Source: Candidatus Poribacteria bacterium (lineage in GTDB: Bacteria; Poribacteria; WGA-4E; WGA-3G). From it: a stretch of DNA of 64,000 nt. The DNA lies in NCBI GenBank assembly GCA_963665235.2, contig CAXXLX010000001.1, positions 4,224,001 through 4,288,000 of the forward strand, in the 5' to 3' direction. Numbering within the stretch: position 1 is the stretch's first letter; the number at the start of each line of letters is the position of its first letter. A program made the position numbers and the translations under genes. This document shows, piece by piece, positions 9,898 to 20,685 of the stretch. The notes below the pieces were generated by a model. It saw only the letters and a program-made list of their open reading frames with translations. It made no database searches and was not told the origin of the DNA.

Positions 9898-10800
9898 ATG
9901 AACTGGGCACCGCGTGTAAAACCTATTAAAATAAGGCGTTTATACCGATATGCTAGGCTCGGCATCTATGACGATATATTGTTGCACGATGTCGGTTGGG
10001 AGCTCTACGCTCGCTGTGCTGATATAGTGACAGTGAACAATGTTTACCGTGAAGGGCGCGTGCCTTGTCCACAATGCAGCACAAAGGTCGTTCGCCAAAT
10101 TGACCCGCTTTTTAGTACTGGCGAAGGGGGGACGCGCGAGAATTGGTTTCGCTGTCCGCACTGTGCCAAACGGTTGCTCTGGCGCGACTGCCGTCAAGCT
10201 CTCCGAAATACCCCTAGGTGTTTTATCTGTCGTTCTGTCTTGCGGAAAAATGGTGAGTTGTGGTGTACCTGCGGTAAAACTTGGACACAGGTGACTTACA
10301 ATCAGTCTGTGAGAACGCGGGTCCGGCTGCCGTGTCCACACTGTCATAATCTTGTCCGTAGACCTGAACCTGCTGCGCAGGTGCGAACGGTTAAACATCG
10401 TCCCTCGATTCCGAAACCTGAACTGAAATGTCCAAAATGTAACGGAACAGCACAACGGACCTCTGGTAACCTCGCGTGTACTGTATGTGGTTATAAACGT
10501 CAGTGGCGAAAATACCGCAAAAGTCTGAAAAAGAGAGATGAAAAACTTGTGTGTTCGAGTTGTGGATATGCCTTTAGGTGGCAAACGTGGCGGAAAAGTG
10601 CTCAGACGCTGCGAACTGGGAATCCGAGGCCTGCCCGTGAATTCGTAGAAAAATGGCTTAGATGTCGAACTCCACAACAGCGCATGATACAGATTGATAT
10701 GCTGCTGCAGACGTTGCACGGCAGAGGCCCTTTAGCACCGTTGTTTATTGATAGCGGTGAGCATTGCATCCGACAGATGCTAGATGACCTGGCATCTTAG
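9898..10800 (+). CDS. Hypothetical multi-zinc-ribbon protein
   Basis: CPQC, CPHC, CFIC, CTC, CPHC, CPKC, CTVC, CSSC; very basic; repeated W-x-x-Y/W-x-x-S after the ribbons. Confidence 0.8.
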   Translation: MNWAPRVKPIKIRRLYRYARLGIYDDILLHDVGWELYARCADIVTVNNVYREGRVPCPQCSTKVVRQIDPLFSTGEGGTRENWFRCPHCAKRLLWRDCRQALRNTPRCFICRSVLRKNGELWCTCGKTWTQVTYNQSVRTRVRLPCPHCHNLVRRPEPAAQVRTVKHRPSIPKPELKCPKCNGTAQRTSGNLACTVCGYKRQWRKYRKSLKKRDEKLVCSSCGYAFRWQTWRKSAQTLRTGNPRPAREFVEKWLRCRTPQQRMIQIDMLLQTLHGRGPLAPLFIDSGEHCIRQMLDDLAS

Positions 10801-10856
10801 GTTTGCATATTTTCAGATTATGCTACAGAACGCAAGAAGAGGACGGTGAAGATATC

Positions 10857-11660
10857 ATGCAGCTTTTAAATGAAGCTTTTCCTGTCAATCAACTTTTATT
10901 AGGCGACTGTTTAGAGATTCTTCCCGCTTTTCCCGATGACAGTTTTGATTGTTGTATCGCCGACCCGCCCTTTAATGCTGCGAGCCCGAAAGGGTTGGGA
11001 TGGGCATTTAGTTCCCATGTTACCATACAGGAACAGTGGGATATGTTTTCAAAGGACGACTATTTTCAATTCACGGTTAATTGGATTAGAGAGGTTTTGA
11101 GGGTACTAAAACCTAACGGAAACCTGTTCGTTTTCGGCTCTTTTCATTGCATTTTTACAATCGGGTTTATTCTTCAAAGTCTATTTAACAGGCGGATAAT
11201 CTCTCAAATTGTTTGGTATAAACCGAATGCACAACCCAATATTACCTGCCGAATGTTTACCGAGTCTGCTGAATTTATCCTGTGGGCTGTTAACAATGAA
11301 AGCGAGAAAGCTAAAAATTGGACGTTCAATTATGAAACTGTGAAGGCGATGAATAAGGGAAAGCAGATGCGAAACGTATGGGAAATTCCGCTGACTAAGC
11401 CTTCAGAACGGAGGCATGGGGAACACCCATCGCAAAAGCCGCTGGCAGTTATCAATCGACTTATTTTAGCGGGCACAAATGAAGACGACCTTATTCTCGA
11501 TCCGTTTTCTGGAACCGGAACGACAGCGGTTGTCGCTGAACAGCATAACCGAAAATGGATTATGATTGAGAAGGACGAGGCGTACCATCAAATTGCTCAT
11601 AAGCGAATCGATGAAGTGTCTCATAGATTATTGGAGGATGATTCAGAAATTGAGTGGTGA
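10857..11660 (+). CDS. Beta-class N6/N4 DNA methyltransferase (DpnB-like), orphan
   Basis: DPPF motif IV is N-terminal; KQMRNVW, HPSQKP, DPFSGTGTT motif I. Confidence 0.9.
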   Translation: MQLLNEAFPVNQLLLGDCLEILPAFPDDSFDCCIADPPFNAASPKGLGWAFSSHVTIQEQWDMFSKDDYFQFTVNWIREVLRVLKPNGNLFVFGSFHCIFTIGFILQSLFNRRIISQIVWYKPNAQPNITCRMFTESAEFILWAVNNESEKAKNWTFNYETVKAMNKGKQMRNVWEIPLTKPSERRHGEHPSQKPLAVINRLILAGTNEDDLILDPFSGTGTTAVVAEQHNRKWIMIEKDEAYHQIAHKRIDEVSHRLLEDDSEIEW

Positions 11661-11884
11661 GAAGACAGTTGAATTTGAAGCGGGGAAAGAAAGCCGCACT
11701 CGGGAGCTCGTTCCTACAGAAGAGGGCCTATCATTGAAAAAAAAGGTTTGACAAGTCGCATGCCCATGTAGTATCCTATAGGTACATTGTTAGTTACGAT
11801 ATGCACCTCGGAACACGGTTTAAGGCGGCGATTCGCGCGACAAAATGAATTGTAACCTCTTCAGGACTTACTTCGGGGAATTGT

Positions 11885-12328
11885 ATGCGAGTGTACCTTG
11901 ATAACTGTACTTTTAATCGTCCTTTTGACGATCAAACTCAGATTAGAATCAAACTCGAAACAGAAGCCAAATTATATATCCAGGAAAGAATTCGAGATGG
12001 GACTTTGGAATTAGTATGGTCATACATGCTTGATTACGAGAATCTATCAAATCCATTTGAGGAACGTAGAAATACCATTCAAAATTGGAAAGCACACGCT
12101 TTAATTGATATAGATGCCAATCTTGAAATTCTTACAAAGGCGAATGTTTTGAAAGGAATCGGTTTGCGAAATAAAGATGCTCTCCATTTAGCTTGTTCTG
12201 TTGCAGCAAAATGTGACTACTTTGTCACCACAGATGATGCAATTCTCAGGAAGACAGTTAGTTTTAAAGAGATTAAGGTTATAGACCCTCTCGATTTTGT
12301 TAGGAGTATATTCCATGATGACAGATGA
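11885..12328 (+). CDS. PIN-domain toxin
   Basis: RVYLDNCTFNRPFDDQ, DALHLA, TTDD. Confidence 0.88.
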   Translation: MRVYLDNCTFNRPFDDQTQIRIKLETEAKLYIQERIRDGTLELVWSYMLDYENLSNPFEERRNTIQNWKAHALIDIDANLEILTKANVLKGIGLRNKDALHLACSVAAKCDYFVTTDDAILRKTVSFKEIKVIDPLDFVRSIFHDDR

Positions 12329-12533
12329 ACAACTCAAAGTAGAAGGCTTAAAGGCTCTTACGGAAGCCTTGGGCGATGTCCAAGCTGAAAAGTTCATAGC
12401 ATTGATTATGCGTTCTCGGTTTGATTACACCAAATGGCAGAGAACACTGTGGGGGGAAAAGAGCGTGGACGAGCTCAGTGATGCAGCAATGAAACTGAGA
12501 AATCAAAAGATGGACGTAGTTGACAATGCCTGA
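12315..12533 (+). CDS. Putative antitoxin partner of the PIN protein
   Basis: Overlaps the PIN gene; AEKFIALI..FDYTKWQ pattern. Confidence 0.75.
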   Translation: MMTDEQLKVEGLKALTEALGDVQAEKFIALIMRSRFDYTKWQRTLWGEKSVDELSDAAMKLRNQKMDVVDNA

Positions 12534-12732
12534 AGGTCAAATAGTTTGTGAAACGGAAACACTTGCTACGGTCGAATCGCTGCAGGCGGATTTTGAGGCA
12601 CTCTATATTGAAAAGAAAAATAGACTGTAGGCGTGATTTGCTAAATCTAAAAAAATTGATTTTTTGCTATTTATGTGCTATACTACAGTAAAAATAGTTT
12701 TTAGACACAGGTGAACCGAAGGAGCATATCAG

Positions 12733-13791
12733 ATGGCGGAATTGTTAAAAGAACTTCGCGTATCCAACGATGCGATGAACGCACCAGAAGAATTACGTGC
12801 GCGGATGTCAGAGGAGGGATACCTCTTTTTCAAGAAACTGCAAGACCCCGACAAACTCTGGGCATTGCGAAGAGAGATGCTGACAACAATGCAAGAAGGC
12901 GGATGGCTTGTCGCAGGTACGGACCCGATGGATGGCATCGCCGATATTTCTACGCAGTGCACCGAGGGCGACTCCGAGTACACCGATGTATACCATGAAG
13001 TGTATAAGCTAGAGGCGTTCCATCGTTCCGGGCACTGGCCTGAAGTGGTCAATATGGTGGAGAAAATCGTCGGTAGAGATGTGCTACCGCATCCACAGAA
13101 GATTGCACGGCTCTGGTTTCCGAAGTATACCGCGCACACGACACCGATACATCAAGACTTCGTTCACTTTCAAGGTAATTTTCAGACCTATACCTGTTGG
13201 GCTCCTGTCGGGAATTGCCCGATTGAGTTAGGGGGGTTAGCAGTTCTGCCCGGTTCGCATAAGGTGAATAGAGTGATGGAACATCATTTTTCCCTTGGGG
13301 CTGGTGGGCTCTGCGTGAATACGGACGAGCTGTCCGGTGAATTTTACTCCACAAACTATGAAATTGGCGATACCCTGATATTTCCTGCCCTGACTATCCA
13401 CAAAGCGTTACCGAATTTAACGGAAGACCGATTGCGCGTTTCATTGGACAACCGTTATCAGGCAGTCGACGACCCGATTGCGGAGCACATGCTTGAGCCG
13501 CACCTAAATATTTTCAACTCGCTTCAATGGGACGATGTCTATCGCAATTGGGAGTCTGATGAACTACAGTATTATTGGAAAGCACACGACCTCACTGTCC
13601 TGCCGAGAGATTTCAGTTACGGAAACAAGGGGTTTGAGGAGGCGTTGGCGTTGGCCCGTGATGGAGATGCGCGGGCAGTGCTACAATTAAACCGTATTAT
13701 CAAGCGGGACAGGACGACTGAGCAGGCGCAGCGAGCAGTGGCGGTTTTGCGGCAAGCGAATGCTGAAACTTCAATAAAAAACAGAGCATGA
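12733..13791 (+). CDS. PhyH-family Fe(II)/2-oxoglutarate dioxygenase
   Basis: HQD, GGLAVLPGSH, TIH and R.SLD.RYQ motifs. Confidence 0.9.
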   Translation: MAELLKELRVSNDAMNAPEELRARMSEEGYLFFKKLQDPDKLWALRREMLTTMQEGGWLVAGTDPMDGIADISTQCTEGDSEYTDVYHEVYKLEAFHRSGHWPEVVNMVEKIVGRDVLPHPQKIARLWFPKYTAHTTPIHQDFVHFQGNFQTYTCWAPVGNCPIELGGLAVLPGSHKVNRVMEHHFSLGAGGLCVNTDELSGEFYSTNYEIGDTLIFPALTIHKALPNLTEDRLRVSLDNRYQAVDDPIAEHMLEPHLNIFNSLQWDDVYRNWESDELQYYWKAHDLTVLPRDFSYGNKGFEEALALARDGDARAVLQLNRIIKRDRTTEQAQRAVAVLRQANAETSIKNRA

Positions 13792-13809
13792 GATGCCGTG
13801 TTTTTTTTA

Positions 13810-14724
13810 CTACGCTTGTACCGGTGTTTCAGAGAGGACTTTCTTGTATTGATAAGTCCAATCGACAACCCGATACCCGAAGTTGTTGTAAAACAGGAGT
13901 GCCCGGTAATCATCCCACCCTGTGCTAATTGCTGCATGTCGGTAGCCGATTTTGTGCATCTCTTGTAGTGCGGACTGCAGCAAGAATTTCCCTATCCCTT
14001 TTCCCTGAAACGGCTCTTCGACCGAAAGCCAAGTTGTATATAACCACTCTTGTGCATCTGCGTGGTTGGAAAACTCACCGCCAGAGACAGAACAACATTC
14101 TCCAATCTGTTCATTCTCTTGATAGATTTTAACGATGCAGTCGGGGTATTGTCCGCGTTCCTGCACCCGGTTCACTGAAAGCTTTAGGGGTATAGGTGCG
14201 GGCATTGGAGTGACAACGTAGTTTTTCCAGTCTAAAAAGATCCAGCGCGGTTCGGGACGGTATTCGTTAAATCCAAGGAGTGCATGAACTTGACCAAGGG
14301 CGTTAGATAGATTGGCGTATTCAAGATGATAGCAACGATATCTAAAGGCTGATGGGAAAGCGGAAATTTGGGTTACGTTAAATGCTTTTAGATAGGTTTC
14401 TGCTTTTTCAAGAACAGCTTGTCCAGCAGGACGCACCCCAGGTTCGTACCCCAGGAATCGGATAACGCCTATATTCTTTTCATCTGTATTGGTATAGAAA
14501 CCTATATGAATGAATGCCTGCACCACACCATTTTGTATCGCGACGAACGCAGTTGGAGCATCAAGTCTATCATCCCTATTGTTGATTTCATCTGTAACGT
14601 CACGCATATCGACAGCAAATTCCTCCGCTTTCACAGGATAACAGTGTGGAACGTCAGCGGTCACTCGATTGTAAAATTGTGTGACAGGTGTTAGCATATC
14701 GGGGGTGTATTGAAAAATTTCCAT
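13810..14724 (-). CDS. GNAT acetyltransferase
   Basis: VEEPFQGKGIGK motif A and ALLFYNNFGY. Confidence 0.85.
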   Translation of the reverse strand: MEIFQYTPDMLTPVTQFYNRVTADVPHCYPVKAEEFAVDMRDVTDEINNRDDRLDAPTAFVAIQNGVVQAFIHIGFYTNTDEKNIGVIRFLGYEPGVRPAGQAVLEKAETYLKAFNVTQISAFPSAFRYRCYHLEYANLSNALGQVHALLGFNEYRPEPRWIFLDWKNYVVTPMPAPIPLKLSVNRVQERGQYPDCIVKIYQENEQIGECCSVSGGEFSNHADAQEWLYTTWLSVEEPFQGKGIGKFLLQSALQEMHKIGYRHAAISTGWDDYRALLFYNNFGYRVVDWTYQYKKVLSETPVQA

Positions 14725-14742
14725 CTGTTTTTCTACTCCTTT

Positions 14743-16650
14743 TTACTGAACTTCCCACAGAAGAATTGTGCCATCCGAGCTACCACTTGCAAGCGTTTTG
14801 CCATCCGGACTGAACGCTATGGTATCAACATCCCATTTATGCCCGTAGCGTATCGACTTTCGTCGTCCGGTTGCTGCATCCCACAAATAGATGTAGCCGT
14901 TATCATCTACACTTGCCAGTGTTTTCCCATCAGGTGAATATGCAATTAAATCAGCCAGGTCGTCATGTCCTTCCCAGCCACGCCTCTGGTTTCCGATATC
15001 CAGAATAGCCTTAAAGGTGTCAGATATTGTTAAGTGATCTTCAAAGGTCTTTTTATGTTCGCCTGTCTCTGTGTCCCATAACTGAACGCGCCATCCGCCG
15101 CTGGCGAGTGTTTTGCCATCGGGTGAATATCTGATAGGACCTCCATTACCAAAAAACAGTTTATATTCCCCCGTAATTAGATCCAATAACCAAATCTTGA
15201 CACCACTGGTCGCTAGCGTCTGGCCATCTGGGGAAAACGCCAGAGAGGAGGCGCGTCCATTTTGATTAACAAAAATGTGTGTCTGTTTTCCTGTAATGAC
15301 ATCCCAGAACCGAATTGTTCGGTCCTCCGAGCAACTCGCTAACATTCTACTGTCTGGGGAAAATGTCACATAACGGATATGCTCCGTATGCCCCTCAAGA
15401 ATTTGTTTATGCTTACCTGTGTTTGCATCCCACAAATTTATCGTACCCCTCCAATCGCCACTAGCGATTGTGCGGTTATCCGGGGAAAACGCTACGGAAC
15501 GTATACCAGCTGTATGTCCTTTAAGCGTCAATTTGTGACTTCTGGCATCTATATCCCACAACCAGATCTGGTAGCCACACGCACTTGCTAAGGTTTTACC
15601 ATCGGGCGAGTATGCCACAGAGCGGACAGAATGCTTATATCCTTTGAGGGTCAATTTGTCCTTTTCTGCTATAAGGTCCCAAAAACGAATCGTCCCACCC
15701 CAACTTAAACTTACAAGTGTTTTGCCATCTGGCGAATAGGCGACCGCTTCAACTGCATCTTCATTTCCGCGAAGGATTTTCTGCGGTTTGCCTGTGGCGA
15801 CATTCCACAACTGAATGTGAGGGTTATCGCTGTTTCCACTCGCGAGCGTGCTCCCATCAGGACTAAACGCGACGGAATAGACCGGCCCCGCATATCCCAA
15901 AAGGGTTCTGATGTGTTGTCCGGTGGAGATATCCCAGAGTCGAATAATTCCATCCTTCCCGCCACTTGCCAGCAGCCGTCCATCTGGCGAATAGGCAATT
16001 GCATAAACCCATTTCGTATGCCCGGAGAGCGTTCTGATGTGTTTTCCAGTAGAAGCGTCCCACAACCGAACCGTGTTATCCCAGCTTCCGCTTGCAACTG
16101 TTTTGCCATCTGGCGAGAATGCAACTGAGGAGATGTTCCCTGTATGCCCAGAGAGGGTTTGTTTAGGTTGCCTAGTGGCAATATTCCACAGCTGAACTTT
16201 GCTACTATCATCTCCACTCACGAGCGTCCTCCCATCAGGAGAAAACGCTAAACACCGAACATCCGATGTATGCCCAAAGAGGATACCTTTCCGTTTGCCC
16301 GTCCTGCTATCCCAGAGCAGGATTCTTTCGTCGTCTCCCAAACCGCCCCCGCTTGCAACCGTTGTGCCATTTGGTGAGAATGCTACAGAACGGACAGGGT
16401 TCGCATGTCCGTTAAGAAGTCCAATTTCGGCACCGGTCCGTGTATCATAGAGCCAAACCCCAATCATACTTGCCACTGCTAACCGTGTGCCATCCGGCGA
16501 CATCGCGATATCTTGGACATCTCCTTTACCAAGTCGTGCCTTTGCCCCCCTCGGCAGACTAAATTGGGTGTAGTCTTGCGCAACAGCACTTGCTATAAAT
16601 AGAATAGAAACACACAAAAAGATAGAATTGAGAAACAGCCGCTTTTTCAT
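14743..16650 (-). CDS. Secreted WD40-repeat protein
   Basis: Signal peptide; many GH..V.SVAFSPDG.TLASG..D..I.LWD repeats. Confidence 0.93.
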   Translation of the reverse strand: MKKRLFLNSIFLCVSILFIASAVAQDYTQFSLPRGAKARLGKGDVQDIAMSPDGTRLAVASMIGVWLYDTRTGAEIGLLNGHANPVRSVAFSPNGTTVASGGGLGDDERILLWDSRTGKRKGILFGHTSDVRCLAFSPDGRTLVSGDDSSKVQLWNIATRQPKQTLSGHTGNISSVAFSPDGKTVASGSWDNTVRLWDASTGKHIRTLSGHTKWVYAIAYSPDGRLLASGGKDGIIRLWDISTGQHIRTLLGYAGPVYSVAFSPDGSTLASGNSDNPHIQLWNVATGKPQKILRGNEDAVEAVAYSPDGKTLVSLSWGGTIRFWDLIAEKDKLTLKGYKHSVRSVAYSPDGKTLASACGYQIWLWDIDARSHKLTLKGHTAGIRSVAFSPDNRTIASGDWRGTINLWDANTGKHKQILEGHTEHIRYVTFSPDSRMLASCSEDRTIRFWDVITGKQTHIFVNQNGRASSLAFSPDGQTLATSGVKIWLLDLITGEYKLFFGNGGPIRYSPDGKTLASGGWRVQLWDTETGEHKKTFEDHLTISDTFKAILDIGNQRRGWEGHDDLADLIAYSPDGKTLASVDDNGYIYLWDAATGRRKSIRYGHKWDVDTIAFSPDGKTLASGSSDGTILLWEVQ

Positions 16651-16798
16651 TTTTTCCTCCAAAAAAATTGTTATTCCGTTTTTCTCTGTTACATTAGTTG
16701 CTAAGCGTTCCAGTTTTCTTCGAGAAAAATTGAATTATTTTGTCAGAATTGCGGATTACAGCGGTGTGGTTCAAATCCGATTTACAGCAGTGGCGCGT

Positions 16799-19423
16799 TT
16801 AACGCTTTTCAACTTGGAAATTAGCGTCCAGAGCCTTTTCGACCCGAACTTGTGATTCTTCAAGGTGTGCCACGGTATAATCATCCAGCTGCGCCTTGGA
16901 ATTTTGAAGCACGTTTTGTAGACGTTCGTTGATTTGCCCGAGATGATGCCGCGCAAGCGACCTTGCATCTTCAGGGGTGCCACTATCCGCATCGAGCACT
17001 AATTTGATAAGCTGCTTCAGGTGTTCCCGCTGTAAACCTCGGCGGAAACTTGAGATGAACGCATCCGTATTCGACCACTGCTTTTCGTTAGCATTTCGTC
17101 CGAGTTCAATCCAAACGGCATCTGTAATCCCTGAAAAGAGTTCCGGCAATGTGAACACATCCTCACCGTCAGCAAACTTCAGCTCCGTGTCTAGAACGCG
17201 TGCAAGTACATTCGCATCGAGCAATCGTCCCAAAATTTGGCTCTGATTTCGCAGGATAACGTTGTGGAGTGGGTAATCCAAACGTGTGGAGCTCCAGCTA
17301 TCTGTCCCCCAATCACTCCATCGTGTAATAGCCAGACTGTTGAGGAGCTCGGGGGGAAAATCGAAGGCTTCATCTGAAAGCGCGTGCTCCTTGATAAATT
17401 TCAGTGCGTCCCGCTGTTTTTTCGCTGGCACCGGCACATAAGGTAAGCGTCCATTTTTATCCCCTCTATGGTCGCGATGATGGTACTGTCCACCGATGAA
17501 TCGCGATGCAAGAAACATGGAGGAACTATATGCACCAAGTAGAGACCGGAAGGCACGTCTCACGCGTTGATACCCCATACCATCCTTTGTAACCTTGTCG
17601 GCGATTTCGTCCCAGAGCCCACTGACAATTTCCCGACGTTGTTTGGCAAATTCAAGGGGATCTGCACCGAGATCCCAGCGATTTACCAACGGATCCAGAT
17701 CGCGGTATTGATACATAGAGGCATCCCCATCTGTAGCATATCTCAATTCTGGGGTGGCAACCTTGGAGGCAATTTTCTGCAACTCAGGCAATTCGGCTTC
17801 AGGTTTACTAGCATCAATCGCTTTGTAGGCGTATTCAATCACCCAATAATCCCAAGGTCCAATTGTTGCAGTATAGTAGTCCCCCTGTTTTTTGCCTTCT
17901 GGTGCAATGTTTACTGCATCGTATTCCATGACAGAGCCGAGGAGGGCTTCCCCCTTTTTTCCATGCAAATCATCAAGCGAAAATATGGTGCTCGCTTTAA
18001 AGTTGTGTCGTAATCCCAATGTATGTCCAACTTCATGCATAATCAATGATTTGAGGGCTTGCCCGATAAATTCTTCAGGCAGTTCACCGCCATCTTCCAT
18101 TAGACCCCGTGCTTGTAGGACGCTCGCCATGAATCCCATTTGCCGTGCAAGACCGGACGCTATCTGACAGTTGAAACGTGAATCGTGGTCCATCGGGTGG
18201 TGACGTTCGTGCTCCAATTCCTCAAAGAAGGTGGTATACTCGCGCTGCCAATATCTAATCCAACTCTCGCCGACCAGAATATCGGCATCTAGAATCTGTC
18301 CTGTCAATGGATTGACACGCGAGGGGCCAATTGCGAAAGATGCCCCTACAATCCAGCGAATCGTGTTATATCGTGCATCTTCGGGGTCCCACGTCTCATG
18401 GTCCTGTTGGATACGTGCCTCAATTGCATCCACGAACCCTGCTTTTTCGAACGCCTTATTCCATTCCAGAATCCCCTGTCTAACGTACGGTCGAAAACGG
18501 TGCGGGACAGTTTTTTCGATGTAAAAGATAATCGGATCTTTTGGGGGCGAAAGTTTCGCCTTTTTGTCTGCTTTCTCTAAATGCCACCGATTGACATAAC
18601 GGATATAGGGTTCATCACTCGTTTGAAGGGAATAGTCTTTGATGGTCGTCATGAAATGCCCCATCCGGTCATCCGCCAGCCGGGGTTGATAGTTGTTTGA
18701 GGGCAGCCCAGCAAGACTGTAGTGGACTGTCAACTGAATACCACGACTGTCAGGTATTGTCTCTCCACCGCTACTTGCGGAGTAGACCGCTTTGACTCTT
18801 AGCTCAACGTTTTTCGGAAACGTTTTGATTGTTCCCCAGGTGCTACGCGTCTTGTCGAAACGGGCACCGCCGCCGATACTTCCGGCTAAAGGCGGCAGAT
18901 CAGATACAAAAACGGGAGAGATATTGACGAGGAGACTCTTCCGTTGCGGGTGGACACTTTCCAGCTTGAGGGAAAATAGGACAGAGTCGCTATACCCTAG
19001 GTCAACCGCTTCAGCGATTGGTGTTCCCTGATTCGCCCGGAAGCGTACATTTTTTCGCACCAGATGGACACGGTCCCCGACGCGTCGCCAGACGAGCAGC
19101 CACTCTTCCAGAGTCATGCCTGAGAGCAGTCGGCCTGTTCCGATGCCGCGCGCAATGCTAATCATGCATAGAAAAGGTTTGTCCAATTGTGAGGGCTGAA
19201 TTTCGCAATAGAGATTCTCTTTTTTCTGGTACAGTTTGAAAAACCCTTGATAACTTTTGCTATCTTCCACGACTTTATTAAAGTCTTCGTACTCTTTTTT
19301 CTTTTTTTCCGGGGTTTCCTGTGTAGCGGGTTTAGCAGTTGTTGCTGCTTCTTGTGCCATAATCGGTAGGCAAAAACCGCTTATCAGAAATATACAGGTA
19401 CAAAATGTAAATATACGTTGCAT
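16799..19423 (-). CDS. Secreted zinc metalloprotease (DUF5117/DUF4953, EcxA-like)
   Basis: Signal peptide, HEVGHTLGLRHNF, SVMEY Met-turn. Confidence 0.9.
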   Translation of the reverse strand: MQRIFTFCTCIFLISGFCLPIMAQEAATTAKPATQETPEKKKKEYEDFNKVVEDSKSYQGFFKLYQKKENLYCEIQPSQLDKPFLCMISIARGIGTGRLLSGMTLEEWLLVWRRVGDRVHLVRKNVRFRANQGTPIAEAVDLGYSDSVLFSLKLESVHPQRKSLLVNISPVFVSDLPPLAGSIGGGARFDKTRSTWGTIKTFPKNVELRVKAVYSASSGGETIPDSRGIQLTVHYSLAGLPSNNYQPRLADDRMGHFMTTIKDYSLQTSDEPYIRYVNRWHLEKADKKAKLSPPKDPIIFYIEKTVPHRFRPYVRQGILEWNKAFEKAGFVDAIEARIQQDHETWDPEDARYNTIRWIVGASFAIGPSRVNPLTGQILDADILVGESWIRYWQREYTTFFEELEHERHHPMDHDSRFNCQIASGLARQMGFMASVLQARGLMEDGGELPEEFIGQALKSLIMHEVGHTLGLRHNFKASTIFSLDDLHGKKGEALLGSVMEYDAVNIAPEGKKQGDYYTATIGPWDYWVIEYAYKAIDASKPEAELPELQKIASKVATPELRYATDGDASMYQYRDLDPLVNRWDLGADPLEFAKQRREIVSGLWDEIADKVTKDGMGYQRVRRAFRSLLGAYSSSMFLASRFIGGQYHHRDHRGDKNGRLPYVPVPAKKQRDALKFIKEHALSDEAFDFPPELLNSLAITRWSDWGTDSWSSTRLDYPLHNVILRNQSQILGRLLDANVLARVLDTELKFADGEDVFTLPELFSGITDAVWIELGRNANEKQWSNTDAFISSFRRGLQREHLKQLIKLVLDADSGTPEDARSLARHHLGQINERLQNVLQNSKAQLDDYTVAHLEESQVRVEKALDANFQVEKR

Positions 19424-19547
19424 CTCGCCTTCTCCTTATTTTTTGTGTGTTGTCTTGTGTTTCGGCGCGTCTGAATTACATGCGTTCTGATATAAAGTAT
19501 ATCATTTTTCCATTTTCTTTTCCAGATATATTCAAAGTTGTCCGATT

Positions 19548-20303
19548 TTAACGATAATGAATCCGCCGACTTCCATCGAAGGAGATACGCGGCCAATCGC
19601 GTTCCCAGTTTTCGGAGTGATAGGGAATATAGTGGCATGCTAAGGCATGTCTACGGGTTCCAGGGTGTAGCACAGGCGCGCCCCCGTGGATTAACCGCCC
19701 GTGAAATAAAACGACATCGCCGGGGTTCACTAACACCTGAATTTCATTGCCGCCATTTTCAAGAAAAACCTGCTCAACCCTAGGAAAATAGCGATGGGTC
19801 TGTTGCTGCTCGTAGGTCTCTCCCGGTAGTAATTTCATTGGAACATCGCTTTTTGTAATCAATTTTCCTTTATGTGAGCCGGGTTGGACGACGAGGGGCC
19901 CGTTGTGCTCATCTACCTGCACCATCGCAATCCATGCGGACATACAGTCCGGTAGATAGTATTGGTCCTGATGTCGAGGATGCTCTGAGCCCTCATAGAA
20001 GTGCATCGTTTGAATTGCCTCCGGTTCGTCTTCAAAACAGTCAGTAAGGGGTTTGTGCAAGCGGGGGTCGATGAGAAATTTTAGGGTGTCCGGATCATAT
20101 AGATGCTGATTGAAGGTGCGGTATCCGTATTTATCCTGCTGGAAAAATCCGGGAAGCTGCTTGCGTCCCGCATGGAGGGATTCTACATGTTCAACGAAAC
20201 GTTGACATTCGCCCTGTGTGAAAACACTCTTAAGGATAAGGTATCCGTTTTTCTGATAGAACGTTTTTTGCGTAGGTGTTAAACCTATGTGTTCAGGTGC
20301 CAT
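19548..20303 (-). CDS. PhyH-family dioxygenase
   Basis: HQD, NGPLVVQPGSH, PGDVVLFHG.LIHG. Confidence 0.9.
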   Translation of the reverse strand: MAPEHIGLTPTQKTFYQKNGYLILKSVFTQGECQRFVEHVESLHAGRKQLPGFFQQDKYGYRTFNQHLYDPDTLKFLIDPRLHKPLTDCFEDEPEAIQTMHFYEGSEHPRHQDQYYLPDCMSAWIAMVQVDEHNGPLVVQPGSHKGKLITKSDVPMKLLPGETYEQQQTHRYFPRVEQVFLENGGNEIQVLVNPGDVVLFHGRLIHGGAPVLHPGTRRHALACHYIPYHSENWERDWPRISFDGSRRIHYR

Positions 20304-20685
20304 TTTTGCTCCTTTAGAAATCCTTTTTCCTCGTTTAATTTTACCAAAAATTCCTTTAAGTGTAAACCTACGTTTTAAAAATGTAATTGTGCGGGGAGGC
20401 TAGGTTAAATTTTCGGGTCAAAAAATATCCTGATGTCTAATCTGCAATCTGTGATATAATTCTAATCAGGGCATGAGAAAAATAGGGAGGCATTCAGTCC
20501 TATGTAGGAGGGTTTTGTAACCCCAACCCTACTCGGAAGGGTTTTCAACAATAACCAATTGCCCGATTCATACTTAATTATGAATTTCACTATAACGTAA
20601 AAAGTATTCGAGGCATTCAGTTTTCAAATTAAGTTGCCTCTGAAAAACAGTTGACTTTTTAGAAAGGTAAAGGTATACTACTTAT

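Noticed and set aside
9940-10719. 259-aa antisense ORF
   Set aside because: Shadow of the zinc-ribbon gene with no motifs; the same applies to most short overlapping ORFs in the track
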